Part shown: piece after piece, positions 45,311 through 54,035 of the stretch
How positions within the stretch are numbered: position 1 is the stretch's first letter
How the letters are laid out: each line of letters opens with the position of its first letter
Assembly: GCA_023665365.1 (NCBI GenBank)
Contig: JAMPEA010000004.1
Span: 32,823 to 96,822, forward strand
Direction: 5' to 3'
Source: Bacillota bacterium
Lineage (GTDB): Bacteria > Bacillota > Clostridia > Christensenellales > CAG-917
DNA: 64,000 nucleotides
Program-made: the position numbers and the translations under genes
Notes under the pieces: generated by a model
The model's input: only the letters and a program-made list of their open reading frames with translations
The model's database searches: none
Told to the model about the DNA's origin: nothing

Positions 45311-46831
45311 TTACATTCTGCCGTAGGTGCTGTTGAGGTCGAGGAAATAATCCCTGTCAACAGTGGTCATCAGATGATAAGGCAGACGGTACGTCCAGTT
45401 GCCCTCGGCAGTGCCGGGGACGTTCATGCGCGTATCGCCGCCGTAGCCGAGCATATCCTGATAGGGCAAAATCATAAGCGTTGACGACGACATCGTAAGC
45501 GTCTTTATTATCGCCTTTGTCGAGCCGCAATTAGGACCGCCCGCGCCCCAGCCCGCGCCGCTGAATCCGCAGTATTTTAGCACGTAATTCCTCGCGCCCT
45601 CGTTTAGCTCGTAAAGCCAGCCGAGCGTAGTATTGTTGTCGTGAGTGCCCGTGTACGCCACGGTGTCAACGTCGTATCTGTAAGGCAGGTGCACGCTCGG
45701 AGTGCCGTCGAAGCCGAATTGGAATATCCGCATTGTGGTTATGCCGAGCCCGTCGATATACTCTCTGCAATCCGCGTCGATAAGCCCCAAGTCCTCGGCG
45801 ATAAACAAAGCGTCCTTGTTGTCCTCATAAACAAGGTCGAGAAGCGCGTCCGCGGGACCGAGCTCCCAGTGCCCGTTCGCGGCGGTGTCGTAGTCCTTTG
45901 CGGGTATCGAAAAGTAGTTGTAAAACGCGCGGAAGTGGTCGAGCCTAAGCGCGTCGTACAGTTTGAGGCAGTGCGATATGCGATTGCGCCACCAGCGATA
46001 GCCGTCCTTCTTCATATTTTTGAAGTTATAAAGGCAGTTGCCCCACACCTGTCCCGTCTTTGAAAACGCGTCGGGCGGCACGCCCGCTATGGCGTTGGGC
46101 AACAGATTTTCGTCGAGGTCGAAATCCTCGGGATGCGCCCAAACGTCAACGCTGTCGGTGGCGACGTAAAAGGGCAAATCGCCGATTATGCGCACGCCCC
46201 TTGCGTTTATGCGAGCTTTAAGCGCGTTCCACTGTCTGAAAAATTCGTACTGCTCGAAGATATAAAAGTCAATATCGAGCTTATGATCTTCCCTCGCCTT
46301 GGCGATTGCCTTTTTGTCGCGGAATTTGAGCCCGTCCTCCCACTTCCACCAAGCGGTCGAGTGCTCGTCGGCAAGCGCCATAAAGAGGGCGTAATCCTCC
46401 ACCCAATGCGCCTGCTCGCGCCTGAAAGTGTCTATTTTTGCCTGTATATCCGCGTTTATGCGAGAAAAGGCGAGGCGCAAAAACCTCTCGGTGTTCAGCC
46501 TCGCAAAGTCGTAATCCGTGCGATAAGGCTCTCCGTGATACTTGCACGCGTTCACCTCGTCCGCGCTAAGCAAGCCCTCTTTTTCAAGCTCCTGCGGGCA
46601 GATATAAAGGCGGTTGCCCGCGTAGGTGGAAAGCCCCGAATAGGGCGAATTTCCGCACCCTATCGTAGTTATCGGCAGGATTTGCCACCAACTGAACCCC
46701 ATATCCGCCGCAATATCGGCAAACGCGTCCGCGTCGCGCGAGAAGCACCCTATGCCGAACTCGCTCGGAAGCGAAGATACGTTGAGCAGTATGCCCGAAG
46801 CTCTCTTGAATTTTTTGAATCTTTTCTGCAT
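45311..46831 (-). CDS. malQ: 4-alpha-glucanotransferase (amylomaltase)
   Basis: 506 aa. 'SGILLNVSSLPSEFGIG', 'LRLDHFRAF' and 'GTHDNNT' GH77 motifs are present. Confidence 0.9.
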   Translation of the reverse strand: MQKRFKKFKRASGILLNVSSLPSEFGIGCFSRDADAFADIAADMGFSWWQILPITTIGCGNSPYSGLSTYAGNRLYICPQELEKEGLLSADEVNACKYHGEPYRTDYDFARLNTERFLRLAFSRINADIQAKIDTFRREQAHWVEDYALFMALADEHSTAWWKWEDGLKFRDKKAIAKAREDHKLDIDFYIFEQYEFFRQWNALKARINARGVRIIGDLPFYVATDSVDVWAHPEDFDLDENLLPNAIAGVPPDAFSKTGQVWGNCLYNFKNMKKDGYRWWRNRISHCLKLYDALRLDHFRAFYNYFSIPAKDYDTAANGHWELGPADALLDLVYEDNKDALFIAEDLGLIDADCREYIDGLGITTMRIFQFGFDGTPSVHLPYRYDVDTVAYTGTHDNNTTLGWLYELNEGARNYVLKYCGFSGAGWGAGGPNCGSTKAIIKTLTMSSSTLMILPYQDMLGYGGDTRMNVPGTAEGNWTYRLPYHLMTTVDRDYFLDLNSTYGRM

Positions 46832-46838
46832 ATAACCT

Positions 46839-47612
46839 CTAAGCTCTGTTTCTGTCGTAGACGTATTTCAGTCCTTTCAGCGCGAGCGCCCTGTCCACAA
46901 CGTCGAACAGCGCAGGCTCGGTCGATGTTACGATTTCGCTTAGACCGCCCGTTGCGACCGCCTTTGCGTTTTTCATCTCGGGAAGCGCCCTGTACTTTTC
47001 AAGCATGTACTTTACGAGCCCCGTGTATCCGAAGATGATGCCGCTTTGCATACAGGCGCGCGTATTTTTGCCCACGACGTTATCGGGCGTGTCGAGCTCT
47101 ATCCTCGGCAGTTTCGCCGTCGAAGTCGCAAGCGATTCGGCGGAAGTCATAATTCCGGGCGCGATTGCTCCGCCGAGAAACTTCCCGCTTTCGTCCACGA
47201 GATTGAACGTCGTTGCCGAGCCGAAATCCACCTCTATGACAGGACCGCCGTAAAAGCGATACGCCGCCGCCGCGCCTACTATTCTGTCCGCGCCGAGCTC
47301 GGAGGGGTGGTCGTATTCGATTGCAATCCCCGTATCAAGCAAATGCGAAACGCAAAGCGGCTTTGCGCCTATGTAGTCGTGACACATATGTTCTATCGTA
47401 TAGTTGAGCGCGGGCGCGACAGATGACAAGACGACGCCCTCTATATCCGCAAATTTTACGCCCTGTTGTTTGAGCAGGTCGTACAGCACCATTCCGTACT
47501 CGTCGGCGGTGCGGTTGGCTTTTGTGGACATTCGCCAAGAAGCGACGATATTATCCCCGTCGAACACGCCGATTTTTACGTTTGTATTTCCTATATCCAT
47601 TGCGAGTAGCAT
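46839..47612 (-). CDS. coaX: Type III pantothenate kinase
   Basis: 'LLAMDIGNTNVKIGVF' and the 'DFGSATTF' ASKHA pattern. 257 aa. Confidence 0.9.
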   Translation of the reverse strand: MLLAMDIGNTNVKIGVFDGDNIVASWRMSTKANRTADEYGMVLYDLLKQQGVKFADIEGVVLSSVAPALNYTIEHMCHDYIGAKPLCVSHLLDTGIAIEYDHPSELGADRIVGAAAAYRFYGGPVIEVDFGSATTFNLVDESGKFLGGAIAPGIMTSAESLATSTAKLPRIELDTPDNVVGKNTRACMQSGIIFGYTGLVKYMLEKYRALPEMKNAKAVATGGLSEIVTSTEPALFDVVDRALALKGLKYVYDRNRA

Positions 47613-47621
47613 ATTTTTTCA

Positions 47622-47815
47622 CCCCATCAAACGCGGAGGTTTGACGGGGACCCCGATTTATTCACCCCACAAAACAGGGACGTTTTGCGGGGACCCCGAT
47701 ATTATACCCCATAAAATAGGGACATTTTATGGGGACCCCGATTTATACCCCATAAATTGGCAATTTATGGGGACCCCGATTTTTCCCTACAATCGCGGAG
47801 GTTTACCCCTCCGTA
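47622..47815 (-). repeat. Tandem array of 4-5 CCCC...GGGG hairpin units, each followed by ACCCCGAT
   Basis: Units start at about 47622, 47664, 47707 and 47748, with a degenerate one at about 47785. The stems covary (CCCCACAAAAC/GTTTTGCGGGG versus CCCCATAAAAT/ATTTTATGGGG). The A.C mismatches on the plus strand become G.U in minus-sense RNA. Confidence 0.75.
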
Positions 47816-47853
47816 TGTAATTATAAATAGTATATCAAATAATAAAGATAATA

Positions 47854-48264
47854 TCAACTTATATGGGAGTATTGATATTTCAATATCTTGTACGCTTCGT
47901 CGGCGTTATCGCAGTTTAGGACGGCTTTTTCCATAGGACAAATATCCGTCCCCGCGCGGTTTATGATTTTATCCGCGAGAATTTCGTATTCGTACTCAAT
48001 GCCGTATTCCTCCAAAATCCTCTTGCCGCTCTTTGAAAGCGTCTTTGCAAAGACGCTCTTTATGCCGCATTTGACAAAAAGAAAAGCCGCCGCCTTGCCT
48101 ACGACGATATCCGCAACGGAGTAGCCCGCAAGGTCTACTCCGTCCGAGATGAAGTCCATCATAGGTGCAATGCCGCGCTTACTGCTGAAAAGACAGCTTC
48201 CGTCCTTGCAAAGACAGATAGTATGTCCCGCAAGATTATTCTTTGCCGTTGTCAGATCCGTCAT
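47854..48264 (-). CDS. DUF1893 domain protein
   Basis: 136 aa. 'GHTICLCKDGSCLFSSKRGIAPMMDF...VVGKAAAFLFV' matches the DUF1893 (TM1506-like) pattern as I recall it. Overlaps the upstream gene by 29 nt. Confidence 0.7.
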   Translation of the reverse strand: MTDLTTAKNNLAGHTICLCKDGSCLFSSKRGIAPMMDFISDGVDLAGYSVADIVVGKAAAFLFVKCGIKSVFAKTLSKSGKRILEEYGIEYEYEILADKIINRAGTDICPMEKAVLNCDNADEAYKILKYQYSHIS

Positions 48265-48841
48265 TTTTGTCCCTGTTTAAAAGCAACCTAAGTCCCATAA
48301 CGATAAAGGGAACGAGGACGGCTTGCAACACCATTCCCAAAAGTCCCGTTTCGATTTGTGACCAGATGAGCGCGGGCGTGAACGGAGTCACGCTTTGGAA
48401 AATAAGCACGAGCAAGATAAATACGCTTCTGCCCGCGACCTGCGCGAGTAGCACTGCGGGGAAAGCCATCCAGCCGTTTGCGGATATTTTTTTGGAGAAC
48501 AAGCCCGATATCGCGGCAAATACGGCAAGCTCGACAATCATAAACGGAAGTCTTGCCGCCGTCGGCATCGGATTTCCCGCCGCAAGCGTAATCAAAAAGC
48601 TGACGATAGGCGAGGCGACTCCTATGCCGAGTCCCCATGCCCAGCCCAATAGACAGCCGCCCAAAAGCACGGGCAGATACATAGGCAACCACTGTACGCC
48701 GCCCGCTTGACCGAGCGCTACGTGGATGATCTGCGGCAGTCCCACCGCAAGCGCCACAAGCAAAACCGAGATAACGCTTTTCACCGTTATTTTCACTTTG
48801 AAAGACTTCTTCGCCAAAACGTTTTCTAACATAATAATCAC
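48236..48841 (-). CDS. Putative ECF-transporter S component
   Basis: 201 aa with about 6 TM helices and small-residue-rich helices typical of ECF S units. Substrate unknown. Confidence 0.5.
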   Translation of the reverse strand: MIIMLENVLAKKSFKVKITVKSVISVLLVALAVGLPQIIHVALGQAGGVQWLPMYLPVLLGGCLLGWAWGLGIGVASPIVSFLITLAAGNPMPTAARLPFMIVELAVFAAISGLFSKKISANGWMAFPAVLLAQVAGRSVFILLVLIFQSVTPFTPALIWSQIETGLLGMVLQAVLVPFIVMGLRLLLNRDKNDGSDNGKE

Positions 48842-48870
48842 CTCATCGTATACTCGTTTAATTGCGAAAG

Positions 48871-49998
48871 TTATTGATTTTCAAACTTTTGCGCCATATC
48901 TTTTAAAAGGTCGCGGATGGACAGGTGTTGAGGACAAGCGTTTTCGCACTGCCCGCACTCGACGCAATCCGAAGCCTGGCCCTTTCCTGTGGTAGCGATT
49001 GTGTACTCTCTCACCCCGCGGAATTCCGCATTGCCCTTTTGGTGATTAGCCACGTGGAAGATTTCGGGAATGGGGATATTCATCGGACACTCGGGCGTGC
49101 AGTAATGACACGCGGTGCAAGGGATAGACCTATCTCCGTTGAGCGCCGCTTGCGCTTTTGCGATAACTTCCTTTTCGGCGTCGTCGAGGGGCTTAAAATT
49201 TTTCATATAAGAGAGGTTGTCCCTCATCTGTTCGAGGTTGGACATCCCCGAAAGCACCGTGATGATGCCGTCAAGCGAGGCGACGAAACGGATTGCCCAA
49301 GACGCGTACGACGCGTCGGGGTTTGACCCTTTCAAAATGTCGCACACCTCGGGTATGGGGTTTGCAAGTACGCCGCCCTTGACAGGCTCCATAACGGTGA
49401 TCGAAACGCCGTGCCTGCGAGCGATTTCATAGCACTCTTTCGACGCGACGCCGGGGTTTTCCCAGTCGGCGTAGTTTATCTGCAACTGTACGAAATCTAT
49501 ATCGGGGTGCGCGTCAAGCAGCTCCTCCAAAAGCGCAGGGTCGGCGTGGAATGAAAATCCGTAGTGCTTTATAAGTCCCTTTGCCTTTTGCTCCTTGGCG
49601 AAGTCCCAAATGCCGTACTTGTCGTACAGCGTATAGTTGCCGCGTTGCAAAGCGTGCAAAAGATAATAATCGATATAGCCCGCGCCCGTGCGCTCCAAGC
49701 TCGTATAGAATTGCTGTTTTGCGCTTTTTTCGTCGTGCGCGCCCATCCAAGCGCACAGTTTGGTTGCAAGCGTAAAGCTCTCGCGCGGGTATCTGTCAAC
49801 AAGCGCCGCTTTTGCCGCCTTTTCGGATTCGCCGCCGTCGTAGACGTATGCCGTATCGAAATATGTAAAGCCCGCGTCCATAAACATATCGACCATCTGC
49901 TTTGACTGCTCTATGTCGATTTTGCCGCTTTCGAGCTTTGGCAAACGCATAAGCCCGAAGCCGAGCTTGGGTGTGCTTTCTCTGAAATATCTTTCCAT
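48871..49998 (-). CDS. Aldo/keto reductase fused to a 2x[4Fe-4S] ferredoxin-like C-terminus
   Basis: 'LGFGLMRLP...FDTAYVYDGGESE' AKR core plus 'CTACHYCTPECP' and 'CVECGQCENACP' cluster motifs. GGAGGA lies before the second ATG. Confidence 0.85.
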   Translation of the reverse strand: MERYFRESTPKLGFGLMRLPKLESGKIDIEQSKQMVDMFMDAGFTYFDTAYVYDGGESEKAAKAALVDRYPRESFTLATKLCAWMGAHDEKSAKQQFYTSLERTGAGYIDYYLLHALQRGNYTLYDKYGIWDFAKEQKAKGLIKHYGFSFHADPALLEELLDAHPDIDFVQLQINYADWENPGVASKECYEIARRHGVSITVMEPVKGGVLANPIPEVCDILKGSNPDASYASWAIRFVASLDGIITVLSGMSNLEQMRDNLSYMKNFKPLDDAEKEVIAKAQAALNGDRSIPCTACHYCTPECPMNIPIPEIFHVANHQKGNAEFRGVREYTIATTGKGQASDCVECGQCENACPQHLSIRDLLKDMAQKFENQ

Positions 49999-50065
49999 AA
50001 AATCCTCCATAGGGATACTTTGTTCCGCTGTATTTTATTTTATAATCAGCACAAATTATTTGAAA

Positions 50066-50578
50066 TCAAACGTTGCTTTTTGCCCAATCTGCGACCTGTT
50101 TTTCAGACTGCGCGACTTCCGAGCCGTGTATCGCAAGCCCCTTAACGACCTCCGCGCCTACGCAAAGTTTTTTTAGGTCGCGCTCGCTCACGCCCATTCC
50201 GCTGCCCTCGTTTGTGCAAAAAGGAATTATCCTCTTGCCCTTTAAATCATACTTTTCAAGCAGAGTAAACATCGCCATAGGCATAGTCCCCCACCAGTTG
50301 GGATAGCCCACGAAAATATTATCGTAGCTGTCAAAATCTTTCGGATACGCCTTGATTTCGGGGCGTGCGTTTGCGCGCAGTTCATTCTTAGCCTCGTCGG
50401 TGCACTCGTAATAGTCCTCGGAGTACGGTTTGACCGTATCCACCTCAAACAAATCCCCTCCGACGGCTTTTTGAATGAACTCGGCGACGATTTCGGTGTT
50501 TCCTTTTTTCAGGTTTTTGATACTGCCGTTGCAATAGTTCTCGCCTTTTCTCGAATAATAAACGATTAAGTTGGACAT
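50066..50578 (-). CDS. Flavodoxin-family protein
   Basis: 170 aa. 'LIVYYSRKGENY' and 'GYPNWWGTMP' match the flavodoxin_4-type pattern. Confidence 0.8.
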   Translation of the reverse strand: MSNLIVYYSRKGENYCNGSIKNLKKGNTEIVAEFIQKAVGGDLFEVDTVKPYSEDYYECTDEAKNELRANARPEIKAYPKDFDSYDNIFVGYPNWWGTMPMAMFTLLEKYDLKGKRIIPFCTNEGSGMGVSERDLKKLCVGAEVVKGLAIHGSEVAQSEKQVADWAKSNV

Positions 50579-50744
50579 TTAAAAGCCTCCTTCCGACCTG
50601 TTTTAAATTTTATTTTGGATTAAAATTTTAAGTCTGCTTTTTAATTTAAAATACTATAACACGCGCAATGACATAAATCAATATCTGTTTTTAAAATTTT
50701 ACGCGGACGTCTTTGAAAACATTATGGCGGCATAAAAAGACTTG

Positions 50745-51209
50745 TTAATTTTGTAAGGCGATACACATTACGCACACAAACGCATATACATCAAACAGAA
50801 ACGCCGGCAGAAACTCCAACGCCATTTTGTAATCCTTGATGAGAAAGCGCACGAAAAGCACGTACGCCATAGCAAGCACAAGCGAGATAAATATAAGCGA
50901 AGCGATAAGGTTTTTGAAAGTAAAAAAGCACAGCACAAAGAGGATACACCCTATGCCCATAACTCCGAAAAATATCATCGACGGGAAGATATGCTTATAC
51001 TCCACAAGCCGCCCCACCGCCAAAATTGACGAGATATACGACGCGCATACGAAAAACGTAAACCATCCGTTAGATACCAAAAACGAGGGTTTATTGAGCG
51101 AAATATACCACTTTAAGTCTATGTTGAAGCAATACGAGCATAAGCCCGCCACTACGAGGGTGCAAAGCAGACCTACGACTATTCCGAGCATACGCTTCAA
51201 ATACTTCAC
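50745..51209 (-). CDS. TspO/MBR-like five-helix membrane protein (weak call)
   Basis: 154 aa. 'WYISLNKPSF' resembles the TspO N-terminal motif and there are 5 hydrophobic helices. The family's usual Trp-rich signature is poor here. Confidence 0.4.
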   Translation of the reverse strand: MKYLKRMLGIVVGLLCTLVVAGLCSYCFNIDLKWYISLNKPSFLVSNGWFTFFVCASYISSILAVGRLVEYKHIFPSMIFFGVMGIGCILFVLCFFTFKNLIASLIFISLVLAMAYVLFVRFLIKDYKMALEFLPAFLFDVYAFVCVMCIALQN

Positions 51210-51314
51210 ACAAAAATATATTTGCGCAAATCGTTTTCAATACCTGTAACACATTTTTTTAAAAACGCGTAAGGTAATGTAGGAGAAATCCTAAAATAAT
51301 CGGAGGTACATACT

Positions 51315-51503
51315 ATGAACTTTTTTGCAAACGGTGGCTCAAACGGTTGTGGCTGTAACAGTTGCGACATTATCCTTCTTTTGTTGCTCTTAAACGGCTG
51401 CGGCAACAACGGATGCGGCGGATTCGGCTTGACGAACAGCTGTGATCTCGTATGGCTCATTCTCATCTTGTCCTGCCTTTGCGGCGGGAACTGCTGCAAA
51501 TAA
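51315..51503 (+). CDS. Cys/Gly-rich 62-aa peptide with two hydrophobic helices
   Basis: GGAGG 8 nt before the ATG and a 12-bp-stem terminator 20 nt after the stop. Sequence: MNFFANGGSNGCGCNSCDIILLLLLLNGCGNNGCGGFGLTNSCDLVWLILILSCLCGGNCCK (10 Cys). Confidence 0.6.
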   Translation: MNFFANGGSNGCGCNSCDIILLLLLLNGCGNNGCGGFGLTNSCDLVWLILILSCLCGGNCCK

Positions 51504-51522
51504 AAAATTTGCACTGTATTGA

Positions 51523-51556
51523 AAGCAATCCCACAGTCGTGGGATTGCTTTTTTTC
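51523..51556 (+). terminator. Strong intrinsic terminator of the small peptide gene
   Basis: AAGCAATCCCAC-agtc-GTGGGATTGCTT followed by T7. Confidence 0.75.
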
Positions 51557-51557
51557 A

Positions 51558-51648
51558 CCCCGCAAAACAGGGACGTTTTGCGGGGACCCCGTATTTACCC
51601 CACAAAACAGGGACGTTTTGCGGGGACCCCGTAGGGGAGGGGTTTTTG
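51558..51648. repeat. Two tandem CCCCRCAAAACAGGGACGTTTTGCGGGG-ACCCCGTA hairpin units plus a G-rich tail
   Basis: Units at 51558-51593 and 51598-51633, same family as 47622-47815. Lies in a convergent gap. Confidence 0.7.
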
Positions 51649-51707
51649 GATTGTCGTGTCACTTCTATCCTTTGGGGTGACGATTTTAAAAAAGTTTTTG
51701 AACAGCT

Positions 51708-54035
51708 CTATTGCGGGGTGCGCGAGAGGCGGATTATTTCTTTATATTTCGACCAAACAATGTCCATAACCTCGTCCCAGCTTTGAACGTTTTTTGAACA
51801 GCGTTCGCTGACCCTCAAATAAATTTCGCGGTTGTTTTCAATAAATTCTATTTTATCCGCCCAAGCGTCGGGCGAATTTTCGGCGGTGAAACCGTTTTCG
51901 CAATCGACGATGCCTTCGCTCGACGAGGAATTTTCGACGACTACGCAGGGCGTTCCCATAGCTTCGGCTTCCCTGACAGTCAAGGACGCATTGTCGAAGG
52001 TCGAGGGAAAGAGAAAGTAATCGGCAGCCTTATAATAAGCCGCAAGCTCGGCGCGATCGGTGACTCTGCCTACGAATTCGCAGTAATCGGATATGCCGAG
52101 TTCATCGGCTTCCTTTATAAGTCGTTCTTTGTAATCGCCGTCGCCTACCAAGACAAGACGGGCTTGTATTCCTTTTTCGCGGAGACAGGCGAAGGTTTTA
52201 AGAATCAAAGAAATATTTTTCACGACGACCAAACGACCTACAAAGAGAAAGAGCCTTTCGTCGTCCGTGCGTTTTATAGCGGCAGCTATCTCGGCGGCGC
52301 GCTCGTTAATCCGTTCGGAATCCGCGTTAAACAAGTCGGTACCGTTCGGAACGACGTCGCAAGGACGGTCGATTTTGTAAACGTCCTTCAAAACCTCTTT
52401 GCAGTGCTCCGAACAAGCCCATATATAATCCATTTTCCTTATGGAAGACAGCAAAAAACCTAAGGCGAATTTCTGCAAGGGTTTGAGCTTTACACTTCGG
52501 TTGATTTCTTCGTGATATTTGGTATGCACAGTGAATACTATCGGAATGCCGTTGCGCTTGCAGTATTTGAGCGCTGTTTTCGAGAGAGTCACCGGCGAGT
52601 GGCAATGCACCAAATCGTAGCGGTTTTCTCTGAGGTATTTTTTGAGTTTAAGGTCAAGCTGCGGAAGCGGAAGTCTTACGCCGTATTTCCCTCCCGACAT
52701 TGACAGTGTCCGAATGACCTTATAACCTACGTCATTTTTGTACGGAGGCGGATAGCGAGGTACAAGCGCGTCGCAACTAAGCTCGTCGCCGAACCTTTCG
52801 TTGAGAATACGTGCGTAATTGTCGACAACGTTGACGACGCCGTCAATAATCGGAAAATAGTTGTCGAGCACTTGAAGCACGCGGATTTTGCGTGCGCCGT
52901 CTAACTCACTCTCGGATTCGAGAACCTTTTGGCGGCGTTTCTTTACGCGGCTTGAAAGAAATTTGTATAGAGTTCCGAAAAGCCCCAAAATTATATAGAT
53001 ATAATAGGTGCAGAATCTCCAAATAAAGACCAGCCAGAAAAGCGCGCCCGAAGCCATTGGTATAGGCGCAAACGCCATAGACGCTACGCCTTCTATCGCG
53101 CCGCTGTTTCCGGGGGTCGGAACGAGTGACGCGGCGAAAAGCGAATAGGCGTTGAGGGTTATCACGTCGAAAAAGAGTTTGGGCGTAGGCGTCGAGTTGC
53201 CAAGAGCCAGAACCACAAAAAACGGCACCGACATAACGAGCAAAAAGTCTGCGCAACAGATGAGGAAAAGAGATAAAATGCCGACAAAATTTTTTGCGAG
53301 ATGCTTGAACGCCTGTTTGTATCCGTCGAGAAAGGCGGATGCCTTTCCGTATGCTTTGTCGTATTCCTTGACGATTTTGAGCTTCACTCCGATTTTAAGA
53401 AAGAACCCGATGACCTTTTCCACGGGTTTAGGAAAGAGAGAGAAGAGAATAACCAAGGTAGGCGCCGCCGCAGCGATTGCGATACCTACGTAAGTGAGAG
53501 TTCCGACGGCGGTTGCCTGCGCGTCGGGCAGATAATCGAGCGCCGCGTGATTTACGATATAGAGGATAACGGAGACAACAATCCAGGCAATCAGCTGAAA
53601 AATATATTTGATTATCGGAATTGCCGCCGCAACCGTCGACGGATACTCCGCTTTGCAATACTGATATATCTGATACGCCTGTCCGCCTGTGTTGAACGGA
53701 GTGATATTATCGTAAAATCTCCCCATAATCCCGACCCGCAGGGAGAGCGCGAAGTCAAACCGACCGGAGGTAATTTTGGAAAGAACGGAGTATTTTAAAG
53801 CATCCGAAAGAACGAGCCCTACTACGACGAGAACGAGAGCTACGGCAAAAACGGGATTGATTGACGAAATAACGTCGTAAAACGACGCGATGCTTCCGCC
53901 GGAAAGCGTCTTGCTCACAGCATAAACGGTATAGAAAGTAGCTCCGAAAAACAGCAATAGAAGAAGCGTTTTGAAAATCCTCTTGGTTTTAGAGGATTTT
54001 GCGGAAGCCTTCGGATCGTTCGTCAAAATTTCCAT
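51708..54035 (-). CDS. Fusion of a UPF0104/LPG-synthase-type TM (flippase-like) domain and a GT4 glycosyltransferase
   Basis: 775 aa. The N-terminal ~370 aa are polytopic ('NITPFNTGGQAYQIYQ' motif). The C-terminal domain carries GT4-type 'FLFPSTFDNASLTVREAEAMGTPCVV'. Confidence 0.8.
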   Translation of the reverse strand: MEILTNDPKASAKSSKTKRIFKTLLLLLFFGATFYTVYAVSKTLSGGSIASFYDVISSINPVFAVALVLVVVGLVLSDALKYSVLSKITSGRFDFALSLRVGIMGRFYDNITPFNTGGQAYQIYQYCKAEYPSTVAAAIPIIKYIFQLIAWIVVSVILYIVNHAALDYLPDAQATAVGTLTYVGIAIAAAAPTLVILFSLFPKPVEKVIGFFLKIGVKLKIVKEYDKAYGKASAFLDGYKQAFKHLAKNFVGILSLFLICCADFLLVMSVPFFVVLALGNSTPTPKLFFDVITLNAYSLFAASLVPTPGNSGAIEGVASMAFAPIPMASGALFWLVFIWRFCTYYIYIILGLFGTLYKFLSSRVKKRRQKVLESESELDGARKIRVLQVLDNYFPIIDGVVNVVDNYARILNERFGDELSCDALVPRYPPPYKNDVGYKVIRTLSMSGGKYGVRLPLPQLDLKLKKYLRENRYDLVHCHSPVTLSKTALKYCKRNGIPIVFTVHTKYHEEINRSVKLKPLQKFALGFLLSSIRKMDYIWACSEHCKEVLKDVYKIDRPCDVVPNGTDLFNADSERINERAAEIAAAIKRTDDERLFLFVGRLVVVKNISLILKTFACLREKGIQARLVLVGDGDYKERLIKEADELGISDYCEFVGRVTDRAELAAYYKAADYFLFPSTFDNASLTVREAEAMGTPCVVVENSSSSEGIVDCENGFTAENSPDAWADKIEFIENNREIYLRVSERCSKNVQSWDEVMDIVWSKYKEIIRLSRTPQ

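Noticed and set aside
47622-47815. Possibility that the hairpin arrays at 47.6 kb and 51.6 kb are CRISPR arrays.
   Set aside because: The units are contiguous with no unique spacers. The repeats differ from each other by compensated changes. There are only 2-5 units, and no cas genes or leader are present.
51206-51565. 119-aa minus-strand ORF overlapping the Cys/Gly-rich peptide gene.
   Set aside because: It has no RBS and would run through the strong plus-strand terminator hairpin. The plus-strand 62-aa gene has a consensus RBS and its own terminator, so it is the better model.
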